Notes: generated from the sequence alone by a model not told the origin. 64,000 bases of DNA from Glycera tridactyla (GCA_965644265.1 OZ286466.1:39060001-39124000); one strand, 5' to 3'. Shown: positions 27,199 through 40,654, numbered from the stretch's first letter. A program made the numbers and translations.

Positions 27199-27352
27199 CA
27201 TTATGTGACGCCATGTGGGCATTAAGGTCTGACGTACTGGCGAGATGCTTCCCACACACGTGACAGGTGACAGCACGCTCACGCGTGTGTGTACGCCTGA
27301 CATGGCTGTCATGCGCTGCATGTGAGGCAAATGACTTCCCACAGTGCTTGCA
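27199..27352 (-). CDS. PRDM14: PRDM14-like exon, last two zinc fingers: CKHCGKSFASHAAHDSHVRRTHTRERAVTCHVCGKHLASTSDLNAHMASHN(G)
   Basis: Acceptor gatgatttcag, donor G|gtgagt; 154 bp, phase 0 to 1; SFASHAAHDSHVRR is PRDM14-type. Confidence 0.94.
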
Positions 27353-27423
27353 CTGAAATCATCAAGAAAATAACACACGGATAAGGCTCAAGGTAATGTG
27401 AACGGCGAAGATGCACTAGAAAC

Positions 27424-28997
27424 ATGATGATAGTATTGTAAATGATCATCATTAAATGGTTATAATAATGCCGATAATGATGATGATGATGATAATCATG
27501 ATAATAATTATGATAATAATGAAATGATAATAATAAGTTCCATGATGATAACACCATAATGGTTATGATGATATGCTCATGATACATATATCCCTCCATG
27601 ACTCATGTTATCTGACATAGAGCTTCACCCCCACATTACGTTGGATCTAAAGGCTAAAGACCAAATCAAAAATGAACCAGGAAAGTTCTTGCTTCAACAC
27701 CATCCATGGTAAGGTTAGGTGTTTAAACAATGTTTATTTGATCAGAACTTAATCAAGTATGTAAGTCACTTTCACCAAATTCAGAAAGCGGAGTTGTCTG
27801 CATCCATTCCATGTTTTGTGGGCAATCGAAGTAGTAAAATTACGGCATGAGCACCAAAACTCTTATTTTTCAGCATGACGTGTGCTCCGCACACGTCAGG
27901 TGTTGTATAGTTGGTATTTTCACACTAAGCATGTATCACCACTACTTTTAGTATCATATGACCGAGAATGAGTGGGGAGAATTTGAATCCTTCTTTGTTG
28001 TCAATGTAAGCCATAAATTCAGTTTGATAACATTTTGATGTCTTTCACGCCCATTAATATGCTCAATATAACAGGTTGACATCCAGGTTATGATCCCAGA
28101 AATCAACACAAACTTCACCTCTAAATATCTGCCGCCATCGTAAGACCATAAACTGTTACATTCTATGTGTTTACACATGTGTCTAGCGAGCTATAAGCCA
28201 ATTGTGTCGAATGATGATAGTATTGTAAATGATCATCATTAAATGGTTATAATAATGCCGATAATGATGATGATGATGATAATCATGATAATAATTATGA
28301 TAATAATGAAATGATAATAATAAGTTCCATGATGATAACACCATAATGGTTATGATGATATGCTCATGATACATATATCCCTCCATGACTCATGTTATCT
28401 GACATAGAGCTTCACCCCCACATTACGTTGGATCTAAAGGCTAAAGACCAAATCAAAAATGAACCAGGAAAGTTCTTGCTTCAACACCATCCATGGTAAG
28501 GTTAGGTGTTTAAACAATGTTTATTTGATCAGAACTTAATCAAGTATGTAAGTCACTTTCACCAAATTCAGAAAGCGGAGTTGTCTGCATCCATTCCATG
28601 TTTTGTGGGCAATCGAAGTAGTAAAATTACGGCATGAGCACCAAAACTCTTATTTTTCAGCATGACGTGTGCTCCGCACACGTCAGGTGTTGTATAGTTG
28701 GTATTTTCACACTAAGCATGTATCACCACTACTTTTAGTATCATATGACCGAGAATGAGTGGGGAGAATTTGAATCCTTCTTTGTTGTCAATGTAAGCCA
28801 TAAATTCAGTTTGATAACATTTTGATGTCTTTCACGCCCATTAATATGCTCAATATAACAGGTTGACATCCAGGTTATGATCCCAGAAATCAACACAAAC
28901 TTCACCTCTAAATATCTGCCGCCATCGTAAGACCATAAACTGTTACATTCTATGTGTTTACACATGTGTCTAGCGAGCTATAAGCCAATTGTGTCGA
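27424..28997. repeat. Tandem duplication, 2 x 787 bp (27424-28210 and 28211-28997)
   Basis: Identical ORF translations offset by 787 (27954-28178 vs 28741-28965); no differences seen by eye; 3-bp ATG microhomology at the junction. Confidence 0.95.
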
Positions 28998-29197
28998 ATG
29001 TGCTTATGCCTTACCACTTTGGTTTATCACTTGAAAAGAGACTTATTGACTGAGGTATAACAACATTTTCAACTTCGGAGGAAATCCATTGATTAGATCT
29101 TTAGCAAGTATACTACAATCTCTCTGCTTGATTGATGGATTGATTGGGTAGATAATTGAGTGAGTCTCTTGAACTGTTATATTGATTGGATTGGTCA

Positions 29198-29461
<264 letters not shown>

Positions 29462-29696
29462 TCAAAACACATATTGTATAAGTTCGGTGTGTAATTTATA
29501 ATAATTAGTTGTTCTGGATTCATTTTCATATCGATTTTTCTTGTTTTAATATCTTACATTTCTGGCTCCAAATTATGAGATGGTGATGAGGATTTGTTCT
29601 CATCTTCATAATAAAAACATATGAAGCCTTATCTTATCAATGGCCGGCCTGTACATAATGGAGAGCCGGACACGTCCCGCATGTGGGCTCTTATGT

Positions 29697-30050
29697 TCAG
29701 TTCCAATCAATGCAGATGGAACTAAGGAATATGCTCCTATGCCAATATCGATTCTTCATGACAGAGCCGAGCTCTATGGCAGAATATGTTTCATTCCTGT
29801 CGATGCTGGTGGAAATTGTTTTGCAACTCCAGTACTGCACAACTCCTTCATTTCGCCAAATATGTTTCTTTCCTATCAATACTGGAGCGCGTCCTCGTCG
29901 GTTTTCGGGAGCCCAGTACAGCAGAAGACCTATATTTGGCCTGATATGTTCAATGCTCATAAACGCTGGTAGAGCCAGGCTTCATGACTGTACGAGGCAT
30001 CTACTTTTGGCGAATACGTCAGGTTCCCTTCAATACCAGTGGAACTTGTC
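29697..30050 (-). mobile_element. Possible RTE-type LINE 3' coding fossil in a PRDM14 intron
   Basis: LLYWAPENRRGRAP ... DRNE resembles the RTE C-terminal WxPxxGxRxRGRP ... DRxxW. Confidence 0.3.
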
Positions 30051-30078
30051 TTCGTGCGGATGGGTCTCAGAAACTTAC

Positions 30079-30205
30079 CCTCATGTGTTTGTTGAGACTT
30101 GAGGACTGGCTGAAGCTCTTGGCACACACCATGCACTTGTGGGGCCGATGCTTCTCATGTACGTGGAGAATGTGAATACGCAAACGGTCTCGCTTCTCAA
30201 ACGAC
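30079..30205 (-). CDS. PRDM14: PRDM14-like exon, zinc fingers: SFEKRDRLRIHILHVHEKHRPHKCMVCAKSFSQSSSLNKHMR
   Basis: Acceptor cccttcacacag, donor AGG|gtaagt; 127 bp, phase 2 to 0; SFEKRDRLRIHILHVHEKHRP recalled as matching vertebrate PRDM14. Confidence 0.96.
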
Positions 30206-30899
30206 CTGTGTGAAGGGACAAGAGTAGAACATTTTCGATTACTTATGTGCGACACACATGATCTGACGATCTACAGCAACCCCTCTCTGTCTAGCATGTC
30301 AAATATTCACTCTCCAGCATGCGTCTGTGGTAAAGGAGAATCAAGTAGAATCAGTGGCAGGGTCATGGAAGGTTGATGATTTATAATGATCCAAAAATCC
30401 TCCTAGAAACCAGAATAATATACATCATGATAGCAATTGTGTATCTCTCATCAGTCATTCGAGCACCTTTGCTAATGTTTGAGTACTTATGCCAACGTTC
30501 TGCCATCTTCCCCCATGCTAGTGTATCTCACTCTATGTCTATGTAATCAAACTAGACCAGACATTTGATTGCACACTGTTGTGGAACAAGTCGGTATGAT
30601 ATGCCACATGACCTACAGCTTGGGGCTTTGGGTATCAATGCTCCACATACATACACACGTCTGAAATAATTGATGATTTGGTTTGTTGCTCAGTCGGTCG
30701 GGTAATGTTCCTGGGGCATATTGATATGTGGGATCATGATTTTCGTGTATAAAAGACCTGAAAAAAGGATATTCTGCCTTCAAGAATCATTTCTACATGC
30801 AGTAAACACACCAAAAGTGTGAGTGAAAGAATTTTGAGTGGAAGTAGCTGACATCTATGAGACACGTCTAACTATGTAAGCTATAATGGATGTACCTAT

Positions 30900-31260
30900 G
30901 CATCGCATATCGAACTTTGTAATTGGCCGAATGCTGCAGCTCAAACCCGACTGTGATTCTCTTGAGCAGAGTGAAGTACCCAAAACGAGAAAATGGATTA
31001 TGGTCTGGGAATACCCAAACAATGTGCTGAGAACATTCACGTATGCGACCAAGCTATGCAAAACAAATATTGACCAGTTATCCAACAATTGAGCAGAGGT
31101 TTCTTTCTCGCAAACTAAAATATTGATTCAGCCGCAAGTATGGCGACTGTATCATTATGGGTGATTCAAATTAAGAAGCAGGTGGTCACACTCGCAATGA
31201 TTCCCCGAAAAAGTCACAGCAACTGAGGGCATCTCTGAGTTCCACCAACCATTGATGAAT
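30900..31260 (+). mobile_element. Possible decayed LINE endonuclease fragment in a PRDM14 intron
   Basis: YGDCIIMGDSN resembles the IIxGDFN motif; the surrounding frames are broken. Confidence 0.3.
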
Positions 31261-31608
31261 TTTACGACGTCGTCAGAGAATGTCATGTCTGTACTTTGTC
31301 TCTGCTAGCACAGCTGTTGAGATGACAAAATATCATTTCTTTCTTTTAATGAGAGCAAACTTAGGGTAGTGGAAGCTAGGATAGCTACTAAAAATGCAGG
31401 ATTTCATTTCGAATTCGAAACTTCGTCTCTGGACATGGTCGTTGCAATGCCTCAAAGAAGGAACAATCCTTGTATCAGACACCTTCAAAAGCGCAATATG
31501 GTGCCAATCGTACGTAGGACTCAAGATTCTCACATATGAGTCTTTGATGGAAAATCAGCTATTGAGAGTATCACTACAGACAAGACGACTACGATGACGT
31601 TGATGATT

Positions 31609-31640
<32 letters not shown>

Positions 31641-32760
31641 AGCGGTGGCAATGATGCTGCCTGGCTGCTGCCACAATTCGCATCTCTTTCCCCATACAGA
31701 CACAGAATGAATGCCTTCATCAGTATGTTAACATGCAATATATGTTGCATGAATATACAATGAAACTGAAATCCAGGGTCATACAATATAGAGGAAGGAC
31801 AAAGGCGTCACCCGGGCAGTAACCTGGGAAACCAACCTCTAAGGTGAGTCAGCTTCTTTTGTTTGTGTCCATGAGTTTGTTTATTTCATCTCCGGTAAAT
31901 TGAAGCTGGGACAGGATCTGATGATGATGCAGTCTCGATAATGCATCAGGTAATGAGTACTAACCCAATTGTCCCATATTTTCAGATTTCAAATCATTCG
32001 CCAAGCATTTGATAGGTGTATTTCGATGTGCTAAAATGCTTTCTGTTCTGCATATACGTACAAGACAAAATACTAATGAGAAGTATGCAATAGTGGGGTT
32101 GGAAAGTTGGTGAAATTTGGCAATGTTTGTGCAGGAAGGGCGTGATAAATATTCTAGTCGGAATCCACAAAAGAGAGAATTTTTCAAACTTTTCAGACTC
32201 GTAGGTACAATCACGCACATAAAAGGTGATGACACTCACTTGTGACAGCTACTCATCTTTTGTCGGTGAAGTAAGCCACTTTGAATATTGACCCAGATTT
32301 CTGGTATAAAACACGACCGGGGTCAGAGGGCAGAGAAACTGTTACATTCGTGTGGGGGTTGCCAATTATATTGGTGATAACTAGCCAGTGTTTGTTTAGA
32401 GGACGGGCGTGTGCATTCACTATCCATACCACAGTTTGACCATCATCCTTCCACCCTCACCCCTATTGTTCTCTTACAAAATGCGGATGTAGCCGAAGTT
32501 ACCAGAAGTGGTTGACAGAATCTATCATGGAATTCACGAACACATGCTATCCTTCACCCTTCAGTGGTGATAGTGGCAAAGATGAAGTACAAGAAGAACT
32601 TGAAGAGGAAGAAGAAGAGGAAAAAGAAGAAGTAGAGGAAAACGACGGCGATGACAATGACAATTGAGATGAAGATCTTAATTATGATGATGATGTTAGA
32701 AAGTTTAGAATGAGCTGAGCTACGGAAGCTTTCGATCTATATCCTCAGACCTTTTTCGAC

Positions 32761-32773
32761 GATGACAATGACA

Positions 32774-32819
<46 letters not shown>

Positions 32820-32876
32820 TGATGACGATGAAGATCATCATCATCATCATCATCATCGTCATAATCATCATCATCA
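32761..32876. repeat. Compound (GATGAC)n-(ATC)n microsatellite
   Basis: Direct reading. Confidence 0.95.
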
Positions 32877-33284
32877 GAACGACAGCACCAAATACTATCT
32901 ATTCCTCGTTGCTTCTATTATGCTCCTTTTTCGTACTTTCGGTATTTTGGGGATGAGAAAATTGCATGCGGTCTTATTAGTTGCCACCCTGTTTGACGAG
33001 TTTTAAACCGGATGCCAGAAGGCTCTGTGTCAATAAGGACACGAATGTTTCGACCGGCCACAATACACGCACGGCATGTTTGCGAACCGTTCTAACGCGC
33101 GCCACTTTCTCCAGGAAACACATGTTCTCACCCAGGGTGCTTCTCATAATGTTCCACGCAAATAGGCTTTTCGTGGATTTTCTGGTTTCTCCATATAAAT
33201 GACGGTCAGTGGAATTACTCAATACCATTTGAAATTCCCTACTTTTCAGAAACGCCCCATAATAATTGAAATGATGATATTGCC

Positions 33285-33330
<46 letters not shown>

Positions 33331-34337
33331 ACGACGACGATGATGAGAGAGGGGGCGAAGAGGAGAATTGAACAATATCGTTAGGGTCCTTGAAGATGGG
33401 TATCGACTACTAGAGTATGGAAGGGTACCGTAGCATAGTCTCAACGAAAGCACTCTTTCTATGATGAGTACTGCTTCATAGAAATTTGTTTTTGTTGGGA
33501 AGTTAGAATACCAAGCTCTCTGGCAGCTTTGGTCACTGTATATTTGGAAGATCACAACAAAGGCGCATTATTCTTCAAGAAAACAACCATTTTGCTTGGT
33601 CGGAAAAACATCACTAGTGACTCATTTGCGCGTGTTCCGGGTCCCGCAAATGGTGAGAGAACCGAGCTCGGCACGTTTTGTCGGTAAAATACGAAAGAGG
33701 AACCTGTCTTAAAGACGACGTTAAATGGTTTCTAAGAACCCACAAAGTGCTGTAATATTGTCCGTTCGTGCCTAACACCGACTTGTCACTCTCCCTAACA
33801 ATGTACCCATACATCACATCAAAGAAATGCCGCTCATCAGAGGTTTCTACATGGTGTATGAAGATTCTCATCAGGCATTAGATTTGAAGGGCTACATCAA
33901 ATTCACAATGTGGATCGTAGCTGGTTCGAGAAAGTCGAGAGAACCCAGGAAAAGGACCAAGATAATGATGATAATCATAATGATAATAATGATGATAATC
34001 ATAATAATAATGATAATGATAAGAAGAACAAGAACAAGAACAAGAACAAAAAGAACAACAAGAAAAAAGAACAACAACGACTTGAGCAAGAGTAAGAAAA
34101 GCAACATGAACAAGAACATGATCAAGAAAAGAAGGAGAGAAAGAGGAAAGGGAACAAAATGCAAAGAAAATGAAAAGGACGAGGAGGAAGAAGAAGAGGA
34201 GGGGGAAGGTGGAGAACAAGAAAGAGAACAAGACGAGCAAGTAAAATGAGAAGCGAAGAGCAGTATGAAGATTTCGTGGGTAAGGTGACGTGACCATCAA
34301 CAGCTGGAAGATGAGGATGAGTGTATGGATGACTCAC

Positions 34338-34467
34338 CTAGTGCAGAGATGGCAAGGGAACTTCCGGTCTCCATGATCGACACATCTTGTATATTTGAGA
34401 TGCTTGTCACGGTAGTACTTGTAGGCAAACACTTTACCACAGCGATCACATCGAAAGCCATCACCAC
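34338..34467 (-). CDS. PRDM14: PRDM14-like exon, first zinc finger: GGDGFRCDRCGKVFAYKYYRDKHLKYTRCVDHGDRKFPCHLCT(R)
   Basis: Acceptor ctccttatttag, donor AG|gtgagt; 130 bp, phase 1 to 2; the atypical C2HC finger YKYYRDKHLKYTxCVDxGDRKFPC is characteristic of PRDM14. Confidence 0.96.
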
Positions 34468-34912
34468 CTAAATAAGGAGAAGGACTGATAATTTATCTAA
34501 ACCTATATGAGCGAATGAGCATACCAGGTAAATTAAAGTGTAAATACCCTGGCTGCTTGAGACAGCTTTCCGATTTCTTGGTATGGGGCATGCGTAAGAA
34601 AGGTTCGGCTGTGATTATGACTGACTACTTTGCCAAGTGATCATGAAGATTGACAGCAAAGGGAAATTACCTCTCTCGGGAATTAACTACGTAGCCCAGT
34701 CATCAAATAAATCATCAAGATCAACAAATGGTTCACTTGTATCATTAAAAAGCATTGCTTCTGTATCATATCCAACAATATATGGTGATCTTCAACATTT
34801 CAAATACAGTGCTACTGACTATTACCAGTATCGGATATTCTCCATTATTATAAGGTGATCTTTCACAGGTATCATGTATGATTTCTTTAGGTGTTGATTC
34901 ATGTACACCTAC

Positions 34913-35060
34913 CTTCTGATTCTTCCTGTACAGGCTGTCCCATGTCTTTGAGAGCTACTGGTATGCCCATAAACTGGAGGTAGCTATCACCGTACCAGAC
35001 AAGTAACTCAGTGCCTTGCAGAATATCCTTGCATGATTCATAGAATATCTCACCCTCTAC
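34913..35060 (-). CDS. PRDM14: PRDM14-like exon, PR/SET end and linker: [49 protein letters not shown]
   Basis: Acceptor ccgtattgtag, donor G|gtaggt; 148 bp, phase 0 to 1; [15 protein letters not shown] motif. Confidence 0.95.
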
Positions 35061-35730
35061 CTACAATACGGATAAGGAATGCTATTCGTTCACATCGAAG
35101 AAATAGTACTCTAGAATAATTGTGTGGAATTTCATCCTCATCCTCATCCTCATCCTCATCCTCCTCATCACCATCATCGCACGATTTCGATCATAATTGA
35201 TATCATTATTGTCATTATCATTATTATCATCATTATTATTGTTATTATCGTTATTATTATTATCAATATTATTACTATTATTATTACNNNNNNNNNNNNN
35301 NNNNNNNNNNNNNNNNNNNNNNNNNNNNNNNNNNNNNNNNNNNNNNNNNNNNNNNNNNNNNNNNNNNNNNNNNNNNNNNNNNNNNNNNNNNNNNNNNNNN
35401 NNNNNNNNNNNNNNNNNNNNNNNNNNNNNNCTTCATTACCATTATCATTATCAATATTATTACTATTATCACTATTATTGTTATATCATTACTATCATCA
35501 GTATCTCGTGTAATCGATGGATATCACAATGTTTCCATGAATATGTATTTCAGTGCGATCACTCTCGAGATATGTATCTGTTATGTCTCGAAACATCAAC
35601 ATGAATATACATGTATCTAGGACTCCGATAACTACCAGAGGACCATCTTTATTATAGTCCTGCATATTCATATGTCACCGATAAGGCAATACTTATCTGA
35701 TCAGCACAGGTCATGCCTTGATAAACCTAC

Positions 35731-35847
35731 CTGTATAGCGATCAGGTTCTGCTCCTGTGCATATCTGGCACAGTTGACATAAGCCATCCAGTTGCCCGAG
35801 CACCCGCGTCCATCGACAAAATGGCTCAGCTTGCCCTCCTCAAAAAT
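35731..35847 (-). CDS. PRDM14: PRDM14-like exon, PR/SET core: IFEEGKLSHFVDGRGCSGNWMAYVNCARYAQEQNLIAIQ
   Basis: Acceptor tatttttcag, donor CAG|gtaggt; 117 bp, phase 0 to 0; NWMxYVNCAR..EQNL motif. Too short for the ORF track; read manually. Confidence 0.95.
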
Positions 35848-36410
35848 CTGAAAAATAGTTCCATACGTTAACAACCATAGTCCATATAATAGCGTGTTAT
35901 TGGTTCAAGTGATTGTGGACAGCAGTATTTCTGGCATGGTCGAACTTGAATGATCGACAGGCCGCTTAGGGGTGTGACTAGTAAACAATAACGTGAGCAA
36001 TAGAAAATGATGAAGTTCGTATGTGATAATTCTGTCACTAATCATATCGTTATCATGGTCGTCATCTAATTACCATCACCACTATTATAATATTGATCAT
36101 CATCATTGTCGTCAACGCCACCACCAGCACCACCATCATCGGCAGAGGACAGACTCGGGGCGTCTCAACACAGCCTCAGTGTTGCTGACGGGACGTTGAA
36201 CAACCAACCAACCAACCCAACGATCATCCAACACCAGCACTCTCTTGCTCTCTCTGTCTCTCTCTCTCTCGCCCTCTTTCTCACTCTCTTTCTCTCTCAC
36301 ATTTTCTCTCACCCTCTCCCTCTTTCTCTCTCTCTCACTCGCTCACTCGCTCGCTTTCTCCCTCTCTTCCACTCTTTTTCTCCCTCCCCCTCTCTCCTCA
36401 TCATACTGAC

Positions 36411-36571
36411 CTCCCACATATGGGTATTGTCATCATTGGTCTTTATCTCGCTCGTATTCACCTGCTTGCCTCGGAAAGGTCCAAACCTTGTACCCTTGGG
36501 TATACTGCCTTTCTTGCTGAATATACCATAGTGTATCGTACCAGCAAACGTTGTTTGTTGTAGCTCCAGTT
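36411..36571 (-). CDS. PRDM14: PRDM14-like exon, start of PR/SET domain: (E)LELQQTTFAGTIHYGIFSKKGSIPKGTRFGPFRGKQVNTSEIKTNDDNTHMWE
   Basis: Acceptor tctgttgatag, donor GAG|gtcagt; 161 bp, phase 1 to 0; RFGPFxG...MWE is the PR/SET N-terminal signature. Confidence 0.93.
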
Positions 36572-39500
36572 CTATCAACAGAGAAAGACAAATAATCATG
36601 AATATCGACCATAAATATGTCTTACCACTTCAATCTGACACAGATGCGATCCTATCGTGATTCCACAGTTAGTTCTCACCAGTGGCCCATCTCTTTCATA
36701 CTCCCAGGGAAAATGAATGCACGACCGATAATGCAACAACTAGTCACATCGTTTCTTATCACAAATCATGTCAGTTTCATGTTTCATTGATGAACGGATT
36801 CGTCATATTTGTCTTCAGTGGTGTGGACTAGGATATCAAAGACCAGCGATGTTCATAACTTTCTATGCACATACAGAAATCCTCTGGCAGTGGTGTTCTT
36901 CTTTTCTTCGGCCTGAATTTTCTAGAATACATTAGGGTGCCCTTTATAGGGTGCCACTTGTATATCTGTTTACCACTTGTTTCTGTGTCGAAGTGTTATG
37001 GAGAAAATGTATCAACTCATCCTTGCTTCACGTTCATACAACCAACGATTGTCATACATATGTAAAAGTATATGACTACAAATAATCCAGCAAATATCTA
37101 ATGTAGGTGGGCAAGACCATAAAGTTGCTGATATAGTCGGCCCTTGAGACACATCTTTGCTTATTCAATTCACCAATATCTTCCAACACGGGTCAGCAGA
37201 CTTGAACATATCATTATATTGACCATGGTGTGCGGTTTTATCGAAATCATCACATGCTATAGGTCCTGAAATATTTCCCATGCTATTCCTAAGTCATGTG
37301 CCATAATGAGAATATCCTGAAGATTGGTGTGCAGTAGAGGAATTCTACCTAGCTCAGGTCCGTTGCTAGCCCATAATCACATGTTTACCGGGGAGTGAGT
37401 GTGAAACAAATTCATCTCACAGATGCTATAATAGTATGGGTCAACATATGTCTATTCCTCTCATCTAGGAGAATTCCTTCACACATCCATCTGGTCATGT
37501 ACGCCTAAACTCTCACATGCCTCCTTATACAGAAGGCGCCGCCGTCATGCATGGGAGTGTCAAACGCTTTCGCGGGGCCCATAAACTGCCGTCTACAATA
37601 GTGTCAAAGGCTTTACTGTGGCCCACTGTAAATAGACCCGAGGTGACAGCTGTTCCTCCTCTGTTCCTCCTCTATTTGCCCGACAGTGGCTTTTCGTGAT
37701 GGCTCAAGTCCGAATGGTGATATTCGAGGGGTACAAATCGATACAAACATATCAAAGAGGTCCAACCCCCTCTTGCTTCCTCCAACCACACAAAGTGGCC
37801 GCCCTACACCCATATAAGCAAAATAGAGAAAATGACAGTGTTCTCTAAAGGCAAGCAAGGGACATACAATAGCTACAAACTGGTCTATTAGCATACGTTT
37901 ACTCAGGAATTACTCATAAAGCACGCCTATTATACCCCTTGGGGTGAGCAGACCAAACATATATGAAGAGAAATTTTTATACATCTACGGAGATTTGAAA
38001 ACTGAATAGGTGTCCTCGTATCTAACCCCAATTCACACTATACATTTTCCTCCCGACTCCTGTTTGAACTCACTCTGTAGCATATATATATGTATGTATG
38101 TATACCACCAGACACTATATCAAATAGTGGAGCGATTTCACGAGAACATGTAATGTTATGAGAACAGGTGAAATCTCAGTTTTCGATAGTGAAATTCCAT
38201 CTCACGCACTCAATGTTTTATTCATATATTTCCAGGATTCCCACCATTATACACACCAATACACGGAGGGGGAGAGATATTTGTGTGCATAAGCATGTGT
38301 TCGTGCGTCTGTATGTGAAATTAAAATGAGATTTGGTATGGGCATGTGACACATTTCACGAAATTGATCCTCATATACCATACCCCTAACATGAGTTCAA
38401 CAGAAATACGTGCGTTTTCGCAACCCTGGCAATGCCACGCGCATCCTCGAAAATATACCATCGAGAACTATTCCTCGGATGGCAACATTTGACGTCTACC
38501 ATGGGATTAAGATACGAATCTTGCCAGAATATGACCATCGAAAAATGCATGGTCACATGGCGCGCTATGGTATGAGAGACTTCATGGCTTGCGATTTCCT
38601 ATCGTGTCAAACGGGATATCATCTTAGCAGTAGGCTATTTCAACTTCTCATATTTTCCATTCTTGGCTAAAGCGCTCCTCTCTTCAGCTGATGTTTTTTC
38701 CATGAAAAAAAACAAAAAATACCAAAGTCGAAATAACCAACTTTTTCGGAAAATCAGGTTTTGGTCTAATATCTGTTTCCACTCATTGATGATTCGTATA
38801 ATGAGAAGTAATTGCATGGAGCAACACTAATTATTGGTCCAACATAACCCATGGGGTGTCGATGAAGTTAAGCAACACTCGATCAATCAGTTGAAATTTC
38901 ACTCATATGTGAGTGACGAGTATTTCTGATAAGATTATGTACTAATTTCCACTGGAAATTGTGGGCACAGAAAGGGAAAAGGGACAATGTTTGGGACGAA
39001 ATGATTGTGCTAAAACCCGGTGCCTCTTGTGAGCAACGTGAAAATGGATGTCTGCTGAGAAGCGAGATGAGCTGTACTGTCAGTTTTCTACAAGATATAT
39101 GGTTCAATGTTCTTACTCAATATTCATATATAATTCAGCATCATGCAGTTTTGTTTGGAAATGTAGATTGGGCAAAATGGCTCATCAAGCTGAGTTTGTT
39201 CATGAAGGTTTAGATTTCTTCAACAGAAGGTCCATATAGATTCATGTAAAGCATGTAGAGATGTGACGAAAACAAGATGTAAAATCCGAACCAACCAACA
39301 AACCGGCCTAAAACAAATGAAAATCGTAATTCTGGCCAAGGAATGGCATATGCTGGAAAAGCCCACTGGAGGATGAAGTGCATTCGAACTACCAATGGTC
39401 ATAGGAAAAAGTAATATTTGTGCACTGGTTGGAGAAAGGATACGTTCAAAATTATCTTATGATAATGGTTATTTTAGGAAGGTGGTCCCGGGAAATATGT

Positions 39501-39599
39501 CACAGTAGAAGGCAAAATGGAGAGAACTCCACTGTGTGTGCGTGTGTGAATATTCTCCATCCTTTGAGCATCTGTACCGGATGGTGGATGGGGTCGATG

Positions 39600-39900
39600 A
39601 TGGGCACGAATGATGGGTAGGAGGATGCTGAAGCGGCAGTCCGTGTGTCTATTGGCTCCGTGATCACTCAAGCGTGCAGTGATGAGTCTTGGATACGTGT
39701 CACGCATCGCTGATCGTTATCATGTCCTCGACTTGATTGGCGCTGGCGGCGGCTAGACGAGGACCGCCGTTCTCACAAGCGAGAATTCAACGACGGATTC
39801 ACCGAATACAATAGCGAAGACAGCGAGCGTCCGCAATCAAGTCACCGATAATGCTCGCATGCGCTAGTGCCAGCCATGATTGCTCACTCTGAAGAACCAC
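39600..39900 (-). promoter_or_regulatory. CpG-rich promoter-like region 3 kb upstream of the SET exon
   Basis: Local CpG enrichment; NRF1-like GCGCATGCGA (39855-39864); two CCAAT boxes on the minus strand (39736-39740, 39651-39655). Assignment to PRDM14 is inferred from position and orientation only. Confidence 0.4.
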
Positions 39901-40654
39901 CAGATGGACTCTAGACAGTATGAACTGAACACAAGGGTAATCAGCCATTTTGAATTAGAAAACTGTGCTCTAGAGCAAATTCTCCGGAAGATTTCATCTC
40001 TGTCTTGTCAGGCAATGTAATTTACTTGTCCTGCACTGACCATCCTCATTGTCATGAGCTGCAACACTCCGGCTCTGGATACATATAAGTGAATAGATAT
40101 GTGGTTTCTTCCATAATTCCTAACCTGACCCGCCATAGCGATTGACCAACATACAGAATGATACAATGAAGCAGGCAGGCGGGAAGAAGGATTGATGGAT
40201 GGGCGGGTGGACGAATTGGTGGATAAATGAATGGATGCATGGATGGACGGAAGAATGGACAGATGGACAGACGNNNNNNNNNNNNNNNNNNNNNNNNNNN
40301 NNNNNNNNNNNNNNNNNNNNNNNNNNNNNNNNNNNNNNNNNNNNNNNNNNNNNNNNNNNNNNNNNNNNNNNNNNNNNNNNNNNNNNNNNNNNNNNNNNNN
40401 NNNNNNNNNNNNNNNNNNNNNNNNNNNNNNNNNNNNNACAGATACATAGATAGATAGAATTCTTTCCAATCTTTCCCATCAATAAAAGCAGCGTCAACTT
40501 CTTCGGATGACTATTTGTAACCATATGTAACTGCTTGTTGTGTCGTAGAATACATGAATTCAGTTGTTTTACTTGATTATGGTGGCATGTGCATCATCTC
40601 CAATCTTACATTACCGCTCATTTTAGATGTCTCGCCGAGAGTAGTTTGGATAAT

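Noticed and set aside
27424-28997. Long direct repeat considered as LTRs or a CRISPR-like array
   Set aside because: The copies are directly adjacent with no internal region, TG...CA ends, PBS/PPT or spacers; the sequence is eukaryotic intron.
33270-33350. HHH/QQQ homopolymer in ORF 32977-33555 (192 aa), resembling a transcription-factor low-complexity region
   Set aside because: It lies in a phase-2 intron whose two flanking exons already join within a zinc finger; it is a (CTG)/(GAT) microsatellite with no supporting splice sites.
38400-38950. Sequence resembling a non-autonomous DNA element (also 31960-32340)
   Set aside because: No TIRs, target duplication or second copy could be defined within the window.
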